Part shown: positions 30,401-39,606 of the stretch, piece after piece
Layout of the letters: every line of letters starts with the position of its first letter
Numbering within the stretch: the first letter of the stretch is position 1
From: a virus
IMG/VR virus record: IMGVR_UViG_3300045988_114077
Coordinates: 1 to 41,513 of that record
Strand: one strand, 5' to 3'
Length of the DNA stretch: 41,513 nt
Made by a program: the position numbers and the translations under genes
The notes under the pieces: model-generated
What the model was told of the DNA's origin: nothing
Seen by the model: the letters and a program-made list of their open reading frames with translations, nothing else
Database searches by the model: none

Positions 30401-33338
30401 TCCCAGAAATAGCGAATGCCTGAGCAACCTGACCGGCGTTTGTGCCTACCTTGGCAAGCTGCTTGTTCATGGCGGTCGTACCCTCCACGTCACCGGACTT
30501 GAACAGTTCCTTTGCCACAAGACGGCCCGTGGCAACGTCCTCAGCGGTCCAGGAATCGCCCTTGTTCATCAGGTAATCATATTCCGCGCGGACACGTTCC
30601 GGGCTGCTGGTGCGCTGCTGGGCGGTCCCCAGGGTATCCGTATTGTGCTTTACCTGATAATCCCCCGCTTCCCGGTCCTGCCGCAGGGTCTCCCGATATC
30701 CGGCGCGGATATCCGCGTCTTTATTTTGAAGGCCGGAATTGGTAACAGAGCGGGACTTTTCCACATCCCCGCTGGGTTCGGACTGCATACCCAAGGTATC
30801 AGGCTGGGCGGCTGCCGCCGGGTCTCCGGTCAGGGCAGCGGTCTGGTTCTGGATGGACTGGCGGGCGGCTTCCTGCTGGGTGCGGCGCTGGGTGGTGGAT
30901 TCCTCGACAAGGGCGGAGACAGTGTCTATTGGGGGGATGGCGGGCGGTTGCGGGATTTCGGTCTGCACTGCGCTATCTTCGGTGGGGATATCCACCAATG
31001 GGGGCTCGATCGCGCTCTGGCGGGGTGTATCCGGTTCAGCAGCTTGCGCCAGGGAGGAATCCGGCGCATCTGCTTGCTGGGGGAAAAGCGGGGCCGTGGC
31101 GATTGGCTGCGGAGCAGGTTCAGCCGATTGGACGGGATGTGGATTCCCCGAAAGCTCCGCGTCATAATCTGCATCGGATATGGACATCAGGCGTCTGAGT
31201 TCAACGGCTGCATCCTGAGCGCGCCGGAAAGCATCCTGGGAGACTGCCGCATTTGCTCTTTCCGTGTACGCATCATAGTTACCGTCCTGAATTGTGTCGA
31301 ACAGTTCGAGCATTCTTGCTTCCCTTGCCGTGTTGAGATACCCCTTCATGTAGATTTCCTTTTTCTCTTCCCGGCTAAGAGGATTATCTATAAGATAATT
31401 GCCGTCGCTTTCTCCGCGCTTTCTAGCTTTCTTCCGCTCTTTTTTTCGCTTGTCAAGGAAATTCTTCCATTCTTTGGGATCTTTGAAAGAGGAAACATCT
31501 ACGATGTCGTCAGTGGCACCGGACTGCTTGCGCTTCGCCACGGATTCCTCAACCGTTCGGGAGACTGTATCCAGAGGAGTTTCCGCCTGTGCCGGTTCCG
31601 GCTGAATATTACGGGGCTGCGCTTGCTCAATTGGCTGCTCCTGCGGGAGTTGTTGCGGATTTTGCAACAGCTGGTCGGGGGGAGGGGCCTGCCGTGCGGT
31701 CAGCTGCTCCGGGGTGGTTTCGGTGGGGGCGGTGTCGGGGGCTGCTTCCGGGGCGTTTTCCCCATCGAGAAGGGCCTGAGCGCGGCGGTTGCGGGCGTTG
31801 CCGATGGCGGTAGAGACACCTGCGGAGACACCGCCGGAGATACCCGCAACAAGAAGCTGCTGACCGGCCTGATCGATAAGGTCCTTATTGGCAAGGTGCT
31901 TTGCGTCGGCATAAGACATATTAGGGTCTTGCGCCATGTAGTTCTGGATATTCTGCTCATACTCGGAATTATCCTGAAGGATGGCCATATCCAGCAGCTG
32001 GGAGCCGATGAAGGACGCGCCCTCGGTGGTCGCTTCGATTCCGGCCTGTTTGAGGGCTGCTTTCAGGGCAGAGGTAGAACCTTCCTTGGCAAGGCCGAAC
32101 AGGTTGTCCAGAGGAATCTTATCCATGACATAGTCCAGAGCGGCGGATGAGGAAGCCAAAAGGGTTGCCTGACCGGAAGTCGCGCCACGCTCGGATGCCT
32201 CGGACAGGGTGCGGGTATACTGATTCATGGCGGAGGTGGCGGCGGCAACGGTTGGGCCGAGGGTAATAGCCTTTGCTGCGGATTCCAGAGCGCCGGTTCC
32301 CGCCTGATAAAGCAGAGACGCGCCCTTTCGTAGAATGTTTGGGTCGTCACCCTCAATCTGCTGCTGGATGTTCTGCTTGGAGGTATCGGCATAGACGTTC
32401 ATGGCATCGCCGTAAGTATAGGGGGACAGAGAACTATAGCGCCCCGTCCTGTTCTTGGCCTCATCCAGACGTCCGGCAAGCGCCACGACACCGGAAACAG
32501 GGCTGGTCACCAGATTCCCAACGGAGGTCAGGATGGACGCAAGAACGCCGTTGGAATTCTGCTTCGCAGCATCCTGAACGTTCTCCCGCTGCTCCAGCTG
32601 ATAGGAGCGGGTGCTTGTCTCGGCCAGCTGGGCCAGACGGTCAGCGCCGTACTTGCCCACAAGAGCCTGATACTCCCGGGGAATGGGTTCTTCCTCGCCG
32701 GGTTCCGGCCCCATTTCAGAGGAGGCGTCCTGACGCTGGATGCGAAGGTAGTTGCCGTAGGAACGTAGCTTTTTCCGCTCGTCCTCGGTCATGGCGTTCA
32801 GGTCGGCCATGTCCTTTTCGTAGATGGACTGGTCGTTGGATTTACTGCTGGAAGTTTCCTTCTGGGCCTGCTCCTTCCGGGCGGCGGCTTGCAGACGCTC
32901 AAGGGTTTCATCCTTTGGAGGCGTGTCGGACACGGCCTGCCCGGACTGGGGGGAATCGCCCCCGCCCTGTTCCCGCTGCATGGCAGCCTGACGCTGTGGG
33001 GATGCGATATAGGTGTCAAGGGTCTTCTGGGCGCTATCGGTCCCCTGCTGGTCTCTTTGGGCGGCATCTTCCGGCAACACCGTTTTGGGCGTCTCTGTGG
33101 AAGTGGGGGAGGATTTTTTCAGAGCCGGGGCGTTGCTGTTGACCTGCTGGGAGATGGCAGAAAGGAAAGGATTCTGAATTCCAGGGTCTGCGGCTGCGGT
33201 TGGGTTGCTTTGCCTATATCGCTGCTGTGCTTTTGCTGCCAATACCTTGATGTCCGCATCTGTGGCAGGCGCAGTTGTGGGATTCTCACCTGCGCGTTTT
33301 TGCAGTTCACGTACAAATTCGTCCTTAAAATTGCTCAT
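27483..33338 (-). CDS. Giant virion-associated protein (1951 aa); putative internal/ejection polyvalent protein
   Basis: Single uninterrupted ORF. Pro/Gln-rich linkers and internal repeats (PLDTVSRTVEESVAKRKQ and PIDTVSALVEESTTQRRTQ). No enzymatic motif recognised. Confidence 0.6.
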   Translation of the reverse strand: MSNFKDEFVRELQKRAGENPTTAPATDADIKVLAAKAQQRYRQSNPTAAADPGIQNPFLSAISQQVNSNAPALKKSSPTSTETPKTVLPEDAAQRDQQGTDSAQKTLDTYIASPQRQAAMQREQGGGDSPQSGQAVSDTPPKDETLERLQAAARKEQAQKETSSSKSNDQSIYEKDMADLNAMTEDERKKLRSYGNYLRIQRQDASSEMGPEPGEEEPIPREYQALVGKYGADRLAQLAETSTRSYQLEQRENVQDAAKQNSNGVLASILTSVGNLVTSPVSGVVALAGRLDEAKNRTGRYSSLSPYTYGDAMNVYADTSKQNIQQQIEGDDPNILRKGASLLYQAGTGALESAAKAITLGPTVAAATSAMNQYTRTLSEASERGATSGQATLLASSSAALDYVMDKIPLDNLFGLAKEGSTSALKAALKQAGIEATTEGASFIGSQLLDMAILQDNSEYEQNIQNYMAQDPNMSYADAKHLANKDLIDQAGQQLLVAGISGGVSAGVSTAIGNARNRRAQALLDGENAPEAAPDTAPTETTPEQLTARQAPPPDQLLQNPQQLPQEQPIEQAQPRNIQPEPAQAETPLDTVSRTVEESVAKRKQSGATDDIVDVSSFKDPKEWKNFLDKRKKERKKARKRGESDGNYLIDNPLSREEKKEIYMKGYLNTAREARMLELFDTIQDGNYDAYTERANAAVSQDAFRRAQDAAVELRRLMSISDADYDAELSGNPHPVQSAEPAPQPIATAPLFPQQADAPDSSLAQAAEPDTPRQSAIEPPLVDIPTEDSAVQTEIPQPPAIPPIDTVSALVEESTTQRRTQQEAARQSIQNQTAALTGDPAAAAQPDTLGMQSEPSGDVEKSRSVTNSGLQNKDADIRAGYRETLRQDREAGDYQVKHNTDTLGTAQQRTSSPERVRAEYDYLMNKGDSWTAEDVATGRLVAKELFKSGDVEGTTAMNKQLAKVGTNAGQVAQAFAISGTMKDASDPMSASESATARFLAMDQGDTTYKKTKNGPTFEQWQNNVTQEYTRIAMAVDSVPEGDTKAMRDVIRQIAQSRKTTAWFGTSSRLTKNAQRILNKLDFDTLKKIANTQIAAMPDDFRARGKMEIAEGLRKQGMLSSLKTFERNLAGNSATGLLDSFSDSIGGRFVDSLMAKATGKRTVGNDLKLPGKYLSAAKDSMDFASLCVELNVPIETDANAAFDSATGANGSGKYIGKTFRSNGNVAMRVLYGYQKYMSYALEVSDKVFEGGTNAAVTDSLNRLKNSNLSDADISELAEFTANRRTFKDATWEENGKTHGSNLSRVAQQMKNIGKGTDAEPFTKAVGDVVMPFASVPMNVAQTGIDYTAGVGKGAIEIARIIHDARHGKEISVARQRQAASDFGRGMTGLAFIGIMTTAAANGIIQVHDDSDKNKKALDQSQGLSGAQINWSALGRASEGGSEKWQTGDVVTSLDFLEPFNTQMYLAVELAQDDAVKEFMANPSSNLAGVGKAYAKSAFPSAVSSFMDSPMMDGLTQLQDMLSNGYDAVKSGDTGDLKNALAEYGGNVASSFVPQFVRQTAQTMDGYYRDTRGKDSAEYAKNSILNAIPGASETLPKKVNGFGQEQKRGGFVSNFLDPTNTHRLQLDKTAQSLDELSQNPDVKNIYPERQAPLKVKDASGEDVQLTAEQRETYQKEYGKRVKEYYDGLLKNASFDNLSDEMKAEALQKAKEYGAQFARAAVTDYKDVPKDGGKTSIVFNTVRDVLKSNATSAVGDLEKAWELGNDTKKATDTLNAVYDTISKMPGITKKSVLEKSSGNTRIYLEARNSGFASDTTLSIIKAVQSIPEKNRGKRPVQLQSVASTKGLSDAQLDTAMKLYMPDYDPKDKEPDKTEVKYDYIRKELGLSAKEYADTYYAYLYSDTDGDGKSLKDDKVQGIIDLGFDKKMAEQLYHIYAGSGNKTKAAIAEFIEENY

Positions 33339-34816
33339 CGGCCGCTGCCTCCTCCTGCTTTCTTTTTCGGCGGGTTCGCAAAAATGGTGCCGCCGCTGGT
33401 CGCCGCGGAAACAAAGTTTCCGGAAATAGGCGTTGTCGGCTTGCTTACATAGATGCCTTTGTCATTCTTCCCGATGACTGCATTACCCTTTGCGACCATA
33501 TCTGCCAGATTTACGGGGGAGATGGGGCCATAGCCCAGGTCGATTGTTCCGGGGATTACGCCGGACGTATCCGTTGCTGGCTTCGTGCTGCTTCCGGGCT
33601 TTTTGCTGGAGGAGCCGGAAAAACCAGACGCACCGGAATAGCCGGATGGTGCAGAGGCATTTCCCGCTGGGGCGGTGTGTTGCGGGAACATCTTGGCGAT
33701 CTGTTCCGGGGTGAAGCCGTAGAGTTTGTTCAGGATGGAGTAGTCGCCCCGCTTGGCGAATTGCTGGCCCAGCCACTTCTGCATATCCACAAGGTTATTC
33801 CGTTCGTCCTCGGCAGAACCATAGAGCTGCTGGGCACGCTTGAGTTCGTTTTCGGCGTTGGCGGATTCCAGCGCCTGACGGTAGGCCGTTCCGACATCGT
33901 AGACGGACATTCCGGCGGCGGCGTCCTTGCCCAGCTGGAGGCGGCGCAGGTCGGTCAGTTTGTCCTGGAGGTTCATCTCCCGGGCAAGGTCTGCATTGGC
34001 AGCCGTGCCGGAACCCATGCCGTAGGCCGCCTGGGCAAGCGCTGCATTCCGGGAACGCTGGAGGGCCGCGGTGTAGGCATCGGTGAGGGACTGGTCCGTC
34101 TGCTGCCGATTGGCGAGGGCCTGAGCTTCAAGGTCGGAAATCTTCTGATCCCGTTCCTGCTGCAATTTCAGCTGCTGGGCCTGATAATTGGCGTCGTAAA
34201 TCTTATTGATATCATCCTCATATTTGAGGACATCGGAACTGGTGGGGCCGGAAGGAGCGGGCTGCTGGGTGTTTCCGGCTGCCATATCGTCCAGAATGGA
34301 GTTGTCACCGTGGGACTTTGCGTAGAGGGCGGCTTCCTGACGAAGAGCTTGCAGACGCTGATCCTCGGATTTTGCGGCGTTGTAAAGCTGCTGTGCCCGC
34401 TGCAAATCATTCTCGGCGGTGGCCCGCTGAATCTCGGTCTGGTAGTACTGGGACAGCTGCTGCCGCTGGCGCTCAATCTCCGCCTCTGCCTGTGCCTGCC
34501 GGGCGTTCAGAGCGGAAACATCCTTCTGCTGCTGATTCTGCCGGGTAAGGCCCTGCTGCACCGTGGCACCATAAGAGAGGTTCTTATTGTTGGTGGTGGG
34601 CTGCTGGGCGGCTTTCTGGGCCTCCACATTGGTGCGGTTCACGTAGTCGTTCGTCTGATTCTGGACCGCCTGGGACTGGTCGTTCAGGAAAGCATTGCTG
34701 TCTTTCTGGTTCTGGTCCATAAGCCCCTGCTGGGAGTTCTGCCGCCGGTCATAGAGCTTGTTGATGTACTCCCCCGTGTTCAGGGCATCGGAAGCGGAGG
34801 TTTCCTTGTAGTTCAT
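33335..34816 (-). CDS. Gln-rich coiled-coil virion protein (493 aa) with an internal duplication
   Basis: ENDLQRAQQLYNAAKSEDQR...GDNSILDDM versus ENELKRAQQLYGSAEDERNN...GDYSILNKL. ATGA coupling to the next gene. Confidence 0.6.
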   Translation of the reverse strand: MNYKETSASDALNTGEYINKLYDRRQNSQQGLMDQNQKDSNAFLNDQSQAVQNQTNDYVNRTNVEAQKAAQQPTTNNKNLSYGATVQQGLTRQNQQQKDVSALNARQAQAEAEIERQRQQLSQYYQTEIQRATAENDLQRAQQLYNAAKSEDQRLQALRQEAALYAKSHGDNSILDDMAAGNTQQPAPSGPTSSDVLKYEDDINKIYDANYQAQQLKLQQERDQKISDLEAQALANRQQTDQSLTDAYTAALQRSRNAALAQAAYGMGSGTAANADLAREMNLQDKLTDLRRLQLGKDAAAGMSVYDVGTAYRQALESANAENELKRAQQLYGSAEDERNNLVDMQKWLGQQFAKRGDYSILNKLYGFTPEQIAKMFPQHTAPAGNASAPSGYSGASGFSGSSSKKPGSSTKPATDTSGVIPGTIDLGYGPISPVNLADMVAKGNAVIGKNDKGIYVSKPTTPISGNFVSAATSGGTIFANPPKKKAGGGSGR

Positions 34817-34831
34817 GCATTACACCTTCTT

Positions 34832-35248
34832 TCAAAAATAGCCGTAGGTGGGTGTGATTTTCTCCCAGGAGCCGGGGGAATGGTCCCGCAGCTGCTGGAA
34901 GGATTCCCGGTACTGGTTCAGGCAGAGGGCGGAAAGGGTCTCATTCTCCGTCTGGATGAGCTTTGCGGCCAGATAGGGGGGCAGGAGCACCAGAGACAGG
35001 CGGTCATCCAACTGGATAATCTGGTCAAAGTCCGGGTTCTGGTAGTCGGAAGCATCCAGAGCCATAGGCGGGTCTGCGGGGTCATAGCCGGAAGAGAAGG
35101 GATAGAGAACCGGGATGATGGAGTTGAGGATGGATATGGTGCGGAAGCGGTATTCATCGGTGTCCTCGGTGACGGTTGCGCCGGTGGATTCGTTCTGTTC
35201 ATCCAGAAGATGGATGGCCATATCATAGATTTGCCGCACGGTTGTCAT
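34832..35248 (-). CDS. Head-tail adaptor-like protein
   Basis: MTTVRQIYDMAIHLLDEQNE...YRFRTISILNSIIPVL is a pattern typical of gp6-like adaptors, from memory. SD AAAGGAGG. Confidence 0.5.
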   Translation of the reverse strand: MTTVRQIYDMAIHLLDEQNESTGATVTEDTDEYRFRTISILNSIIPVLYPFSSGYDPADPPMALDASDYQNPDFDQIIQLDDRLSLVLLPPYLAAKLIQTENETLSALCLNQYRESFQQLRDHSPGSWEKITPTYGYF

Positions 35249-35261
35249 AGAACAGCCTCCT

Positions 35262-37115
35262 TTACTTGGCCTTTGCGCCGTAACGCACGTCCATATCGAA
35301 GCCGAGAATGGTTGTCCGGGTTCCGGGCGTGGTGACGGCAAATTTCAGTTTATAGTAGACGAACTTCTTGACCTTCAGGCGGACACGGGAGATTGTGGGG
35401 GACTGCTTCGTGCGGAAGGTCAGGTTGGAAAAGCGGAGGGTAGAGAAAGAGAAGATATTCCGGGATACCTGCTTTTCTGTATAGGTGGATTTCCGGTCTG
35501 TCTCGGCGGTGACGGAGACCTCGGAATTGGACTGGGGCAGGACGGACACATAGATCTGGCTGGAATATTTCTTGAGGAAATCCGCCCCGAAGTGCATGAA
35601 GCCGGATTCCCAGTGAGCCTCTATTGGAAGGGATTCGCCGCCCACATTGTCGTACAGGGCGCTTTCGGAGAAATGGAGAATGTGGTCTCCGGAACAGAAC
35701 CAAAGGGAAGAATTGAATGTAAAGGCGTGGGTGACGCCCTTGAACGGTGTGCCCTCATAGGTGGACCAGACGCCGGACTTATTGAGACCGTAGCGGTTGA
35801 CCAGAACCGTACCGGCGGTATCGTTGAGGAATACGTAATAAGTCTTGTCCCCGTCATCGTCCCAGGCAAGGAGTTTCCGGGGGTCGGCCTGTGCAATCAG
35901 AGAGCGGACAGGGTCAGAAACTCGGACGGCATAGCGTTCATCCCGGTAATAGGAGCTGGTGACGCGCCATTCATAGAGGGCGGCGGCGGTGAAGGACCGG
36001 GGGTAGTTGGAGACGGTGCGGACCTGTCCGGGGGCGGAATTGCCGTAGTCCCGGTTCACGGGGCGAAGATAGAAACCGGCTGTTACCGTGCCATCGGCCA
36101 GCGTCACCGGCTCATAGGTGATGGCAAAGGTGCCGTCGGGCTTGAACACCAGCAGCCGGGAATAGTGGCGCACCAAAGCGGTGACAGAGGAACCGGACAC
36201 ATCCACAGCAATCTCGTTCATGGCCGGGAAATAGAGGGCCGAGGGAGAACCGTCTTGCGTGACACCGGAATAATAGCAGCGGTTGGAGCCGTCGCCGGAC
36301 AGGAACAGGCAGGTATCCGTAGAGCCGTTGAATTCCTCATGGAGGGTGCAGGCGGTGATCTGGGCAAGAGCGGGGGCGGCGATATCGTCAGAAACCTTAT
36401 AGGTGATCTCCACGTTTCCAACGCCTTTGGCCGGGGCGGTTGTGAATGTGAATGTGTGTGTGGCCGTGCTGAAGGAGCCGGGGGCTTCCTGCACCACGTT
36501 ATCAACGGTGACGGAGGTCACGAAAGCGGCCTCATCCGGGAGAACGTAAGCGGTTGACGTGCCATCGGAAGAGAAGTCCATCCGGCGGAAGGGAGACAGC
36601 AGATTGATTTTTTCCAGCTCCGTTCCCCCGCCGGAAGGAGCTGCGCCCACAATGACCAGAGGGACATAAGGCGTAGCCTCAGAGAAGCCGTCAGAAGCTC
36701 CCAGAACGGCGAACTTTTTAGGGGACATGATATACACATCTCCGGAGAAAGAAAGAATCTGGACATTCACGGCGGATGTCAGCCCCAGAAGCCCAGTCTG
36801 GGTGTTCAGCAGCGCCATATCCCCCGCGGCGTTTTTCCCGAATACGCAGATGCGGTCCGAACCATTCAACAAATCAACCAGAACAATGCGCTCACGGGTC
36901 TCCACGAACCCGGCCCAGACGGCCAGAATCGTTCCCGGGGTCTCCCGGTCGAACACGGCGGGCAGGACGCCGGGGCGGGTTTTCAGGTTCATGCCGTCGG
37001 TCACGGTGAAATTCACCATCCGGGATGCCTCGCCCATGCGAAGCTCGGTTTCTCCGTCGCCGGACTGGTTCAGCCCCAGAAACTTATCCACTGAGAACAT
37101 TTTGGAATCGGCCAT
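35262..37115 (-). CDS. Large structural protein (617 aa), possibly tail nozzle/tubular
   Basis: MADSKMFSVDKFLGLNQSGDGETELRMGEASRMVNF. Composition is beta-rich. TAATG overlap with the rusA stop. Confidence 0.5.
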   Translation of the reverse strand: MADSKMFSVDKFLGLNQSGDGETELRMGEASRMVNFTVTDGMNLKTRPGVLPAVFDRETPGTILAVWAGFVETRERIVLVDLLNGSDRICVFGKNAAGDMALLNTQTGLLGLTSAVNVQILSFSGDVYIMSPKKFAVLGASDGFSEATPYVPLVIVGAAPSGGGTELEKINLLSPFRRMDFSSDGTSTAYVLPDEAAFVTSVTVDNVVQEAPGSFSTATHTFTFTTAPAKGVGNVEITYKVSDDIAAPALAQITACTLHEEFNGSTDTCLFLSGDGSNRCYYSGVTQDGSPSALYFPAMNEIAVDVSGSSVTALVRHYSRLLVFKPDGTFAITYEPVTLADGTVTAGFYLRPVNRDYGNSAPGQVRTVSNYPRSFTAAALYEWRVTSSYYRDERYAVRVSDPVRSLIAQADPRKLLAWDDDGDKTYYVFLNDTAGTVLVNRYGLNKSGVWSTYEGTPFKGVTHAFTFNSSLWFCSGDHILHFSESALYDNVGGESLPIEAHWESGFMHFGADFLKKYSSQIYVSVLPQSNSEVSVTAETDRKSTYTEKQVSRNIFSFSTLRFSNLTFRTKQSPTISRVRLKVKKFVYYKLKFAVTTPGTRTTILGFDMDVRYGAKAK

Positions 37116-37528
37116 TACACACACACCCTTTCATAGATTTCGATTTCTGCCCTTGGGTTGTCCTTATCGTAGTCCACGAAAGAGCCATCCCGGCAGCGGA
37201 TGACAGAGATATTATCATCCAGCAATACGCCTTCTTTTACCAGAAGATCGTCCAGAGAGGCATAAAGGTTCAGATCATCCACCCGGCGGCGGGTTTTCAT
37301 ATAGACCCGATACTGAATCCAGACAGGCCCTTCCAGAGGCCGGGGCGGCTTTGGCATCAGATACTGGGCGGCCTGAGCGGTATAAGCCGTGTTGGCGTGG
37401 CCCTGCCGGACATACTGCTTTTTCCGCTTGCCGCAGACGGGGCACTTGGGGCCGGAACCGGCGATGGTCATAGAGTTCTTTTTTGTGCGCGTGTCCAGAG
37501 GAATCACGCATCGGTACAGAAGATTCAA
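37115..37528 (-). CDS. rusA: RusA-family Holliday junction resolvase
   Basis: ...RRRVDDLNLYASLDDLLVKEGVLLDDN is the RusA acidic motif. Apparent TTG start. Confidence 0.7.
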   Translation of the reverse strand: MNLLYRCVIPLDTRTKKNSMTIAGSGPKCPVCGKRKKQYVRQGHANTAYTAQAAQYLMPKPPRPLEGPVWIQYRVYMKTRRRVDDLNLYASLDDLLVKEGVLLDDNISVIRCRDGSFVDYDKDNPRAEIEIYERVCV

Positions 37529-37558
37529 AAATAATCCCCCCTTACGGGAGGATTATTT
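37529..37558 (-). terminator. Hairpin plus U-rich tail immediately upstream of rusA; the 3' arm contains its SD
   Basis: Minus strand: aaataatcctccc gtaa ggggggattattt, then TTG. Confidence 0.4.
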
Positions 37559-37584
37559 ACAACATTTTCGCGGAAATCAATAGT

Positions 37585-37770
37585 TCAATATTTTTGTTTT
37601 TGCCCCCGGCGGTGCTTCCCGTTCAGGCGGACGGTGCAGTCCCTGCCGGGAGGGCATGGGCGGAGGCTGCCCGTGTCGAAGAGATAGTTGCAGCACCGGA
37701 CGTTGTTGTTATAGCCATAGAAATATCTGCAACCGGAGCATGGATGCGGCGGTTTTTTCTTTCTCGACAT
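37585..37770 (-). CDS. Small Cys-rich protein (61 aa)
   Basis: CSGC...CC...C...C. SD AAAGGAGG. Confidence 0.55.
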   Translation of the reverse strand: MSRKKKPPHPCSGCRYFYGYNNNVRCCNYLFDTGSLRPCPPGRDCTVRLNGKHRRGQKQKY

Positions 37771-37787
37771 GGGCGGCCTCCTTTCGG

Positions 37788-37967
37788 CTATTTTCTGCCG
37801 TTTGTTGCTCTGCGCCGGCTGTGTGCGTACCGTTCCCGAAGGAGCTGCTGTTCTGCGCCTTTGGTTGCTTTGGCGATCATGTAGTCGATGCAGCGGTCGG
37901 AACAGGCAGGGGAGCGGCGTTTGCAGTCCTTGCAGCAGCAGAGGAAGCTAATGTTGATCGGCATCAT
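37788..37967 (-). CDS. Small Cys-rich protein (59 aa)
   Basis: MMPINISFLCCCKDCKRRSPACSDRC. SD CAGGAGG. Ends in TAG. Confidence 0.55.
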   Translation of the reverse strand: MMPINISFLCCCKDCKRRSPACSDRCIDYMIAKATKGAEQQLLRERYAHSRRRATNGRK

Positions 37968-38295
37968 TTTGACCTCCTGTTTTGCCGCCCCCGGCAAATT
38001 GCTTCCCCCAGCTCTCCGCAGCCGCTTCCGCTGCCTCCCGGCAAAGAAATACGCTTTTGCCCAGAGCGTCTTCGTCGAAGCCAAAGTCTCCACAGTCGTA
38101 CATTACCTTTCGGACAGTTGCCTCGTAAACTCGTACACCGTCCGTTGTGTACGCCCTTGTTCCCGGCCTCACAACGGTTGCGAAGCGTACCCCGTTTTGC
38201 AGAAGCAAGTCCGCCACGACCTCCGCCGGGTCTGCGCCCTCCTTCGGCCAGATTCTTGTTCGCAGAATCCGAATCAGGTTATCTCGCTCACTCAT
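37948..38295 (-). CDS. Hypothetical protein (115 aa)
   Basis: Ends in TAG. Overlaps the next gene by 20 nt. Confidence 0.55.
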   Translation of the reverse strand: MSERDNLIRILRTRIWPKEGADPAEVVADLLLQNGVRFATVVRPGTRAYTTDGVRVYEATVRKVMYDCGDFGFDEDALGKSVFLCREAAEAAAESWGKQFAGGGKTGGQNDADQH

Positions 38296-38677
38296 GTTCG
38301 TTTCCTCCCTTCATATTGCGCACGTCCGCAGATTGGTCACGGCGCTGGCCGTAGCTGCAAAAATCGTCCGGCTTTTTTACCGGTTTGAATACACGATCCC
38401 AGCGATCACCAAAGACGAAGGTGTTTTGCGGATGTCCGCAGTAATAGCCTGCGGTTCCATCTGTCCGCTCATACCGTTCGGCGTGTTTGCACCCCTTGCA
38501 GGGCACTACCGGCTCCACGTCGGCGGCGGGGATTCTGTGAAAATCCTCCGCCAAATCGTTATAGGCATCGGCATAGATTCCGCTTTCACCACCCAGCTCT
38601 TCAAATGCTTTGCTCATTTCTTCGGACTGCTTGCGGATATAATCGATAGCCGCCTCCCGGCTGATGTAATCACTCAT
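38288..38677 (-). CDS. Hypothetical protein (129 aa)
   Basis: MSDYISREAAIDYI start with ATGA overlap. SD GGAGGAA. Confidence 0.55.
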   Translation of the reverse strand: MSDYISREAAIDYIRKQSEEMSKAFEELGGESGIYADAYNDLAEDFHRIPAADVEPVVPCKGCKHAERYERTDGTAGYYCGHPQNTFVFGDRWDRVFKPVKKPDDFCSYGQRRDQSADVRNMKGGNEHE

Positions 38678-39201
38678 TGCAATTCCTCCACATAGCACCA
38701 GCTCTGGGGCGGGTGTTTGATTGTCCTACCATCACAATCCATTTTGGTGTAGTTGTAATAAGGGCAGCACCCACAATCCGCCTTAATCTTACATAGCCCC
38801 TTGAATGCGCTCAGCGGTTTCGGAGTATCATAGATTTTCAGGTTTGAAATGTGCCAGAAATAGGCTCTGTCATTGTAAACGTACCGGTGTAGCTGATAGT
38901 AAGTACAACAGGAATCTTCCGTCCAGTGCTTGTCCAACTTCCCCATGAAAGCCGGGTACGGGATGTCCACGCAGTCGATTTTGTCGCAAACAAACTCCCC
39001 GACAACCAGTTTTCCGCCGCTAATATTGCACATCATCCCGTTATTAACCTCATAGCTCAGGTTTCCGGCAGTGCAATAGATGTAAACCTTGAAAGGCGCT
39101 TCCAGTTTCGGGCGGGTCTTTCTGACTTCCAGCGTCTTTTCTCCGCTCAGGATCTTCTCCACCCACTCCGGGCGGATACTGATAAGTACCGCTTTAGCCA
39201 T
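38674..39201 (-). CDS. ASCH-domain protein
   Basis: AVLISIRPEWVEKILSGEKTLEVRK is a typical ASCH N-terminus. Confidence 0.7.
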   Translation of the reverse strand: MAKAVLISIRPEWVEKILSGEKTLEVRKTRPKLEAPFKVYIYCTAGNLSYEVNNGMMCNISGGKLVVGEFVCDKIDCVDIPYPAFMGKLDKHWTEDSCCTYYQLHRYVYNDRAYFWHISNLKIYDTPKPLSAFKGLCKIKADCGCCPYYNYTKMDCDGRTIKHPPQSWCYVEELQ

Positions 39202-39406
39202 TTTCAGCCCTCCGGTTCCAGAATTTTACAAGCATATCCTTGTCATAGCTTCTTGGTGTAGCCATAGCCCCAATCATGCAGTCCTTGGCGTGTTCCGGTT
39301 CTCCAACGAGGAAGTACATCGTGTCCTTCATGTTGTATCCTGGCACGGCATCAATTGCCATTTCGCACCCGCAGAACGGGCAGGGCTTCAATTTGATTTC
39401 AGACAT
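39194..39406 (-). CDS. lar: Lar-family restriction alleviation protein
   Basis: LKPCPFCGCE...FWNRRA matches the Lar pattern, from memory. Confidence 0.65.
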   Translation of the reverse strand: MSEIKLKPCPFCGCEMAIDAVPGYNMKDTMYFLVGEPEHAKDCMIGAMATPRSYDKDMLVKFWNRRAENG

Positions 39407-39596
39407 TGTCAATCATCCTTTCCAGATTCAAAAGTTCCTGCCGCAGCAGTGTGATTTTCCGCTTGATGGCGGTTTTGCCGTGGTTCTTGTCCATGTAGTT
39501 CGCACCGTTACCCGTTCCGCCGTTGGCCATGTACAGGTTTGCTGCCTTATTCAGGCTGCTGTACAGGGCGCGGATAAACTGCATTTGTTCTTTCAT
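39399..39596 (-). CDS. Hypothetical protein (65 aa)
   Basis: Compact ORF coupled to its neighbours. Confidence 0.5.
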   Translation of the reverse strand: MKEQMQFIRALYSSLNKAANLYMANGGTGNGANYMDKNHGKTAIKRKITLLRQELLNLERMIDNV

Positions 39597-39606
39597 TCCT
39601 CTTCAT

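Noticed and set aside
27483-33338. Calling the 1951-aa protein a tape measure protein
   Set aside because: No tail tube, sheath, chaperone-frameshift pair or baseplate genes accompany it. The sequence is not dominated by the long helical repeats typical of tape measures.
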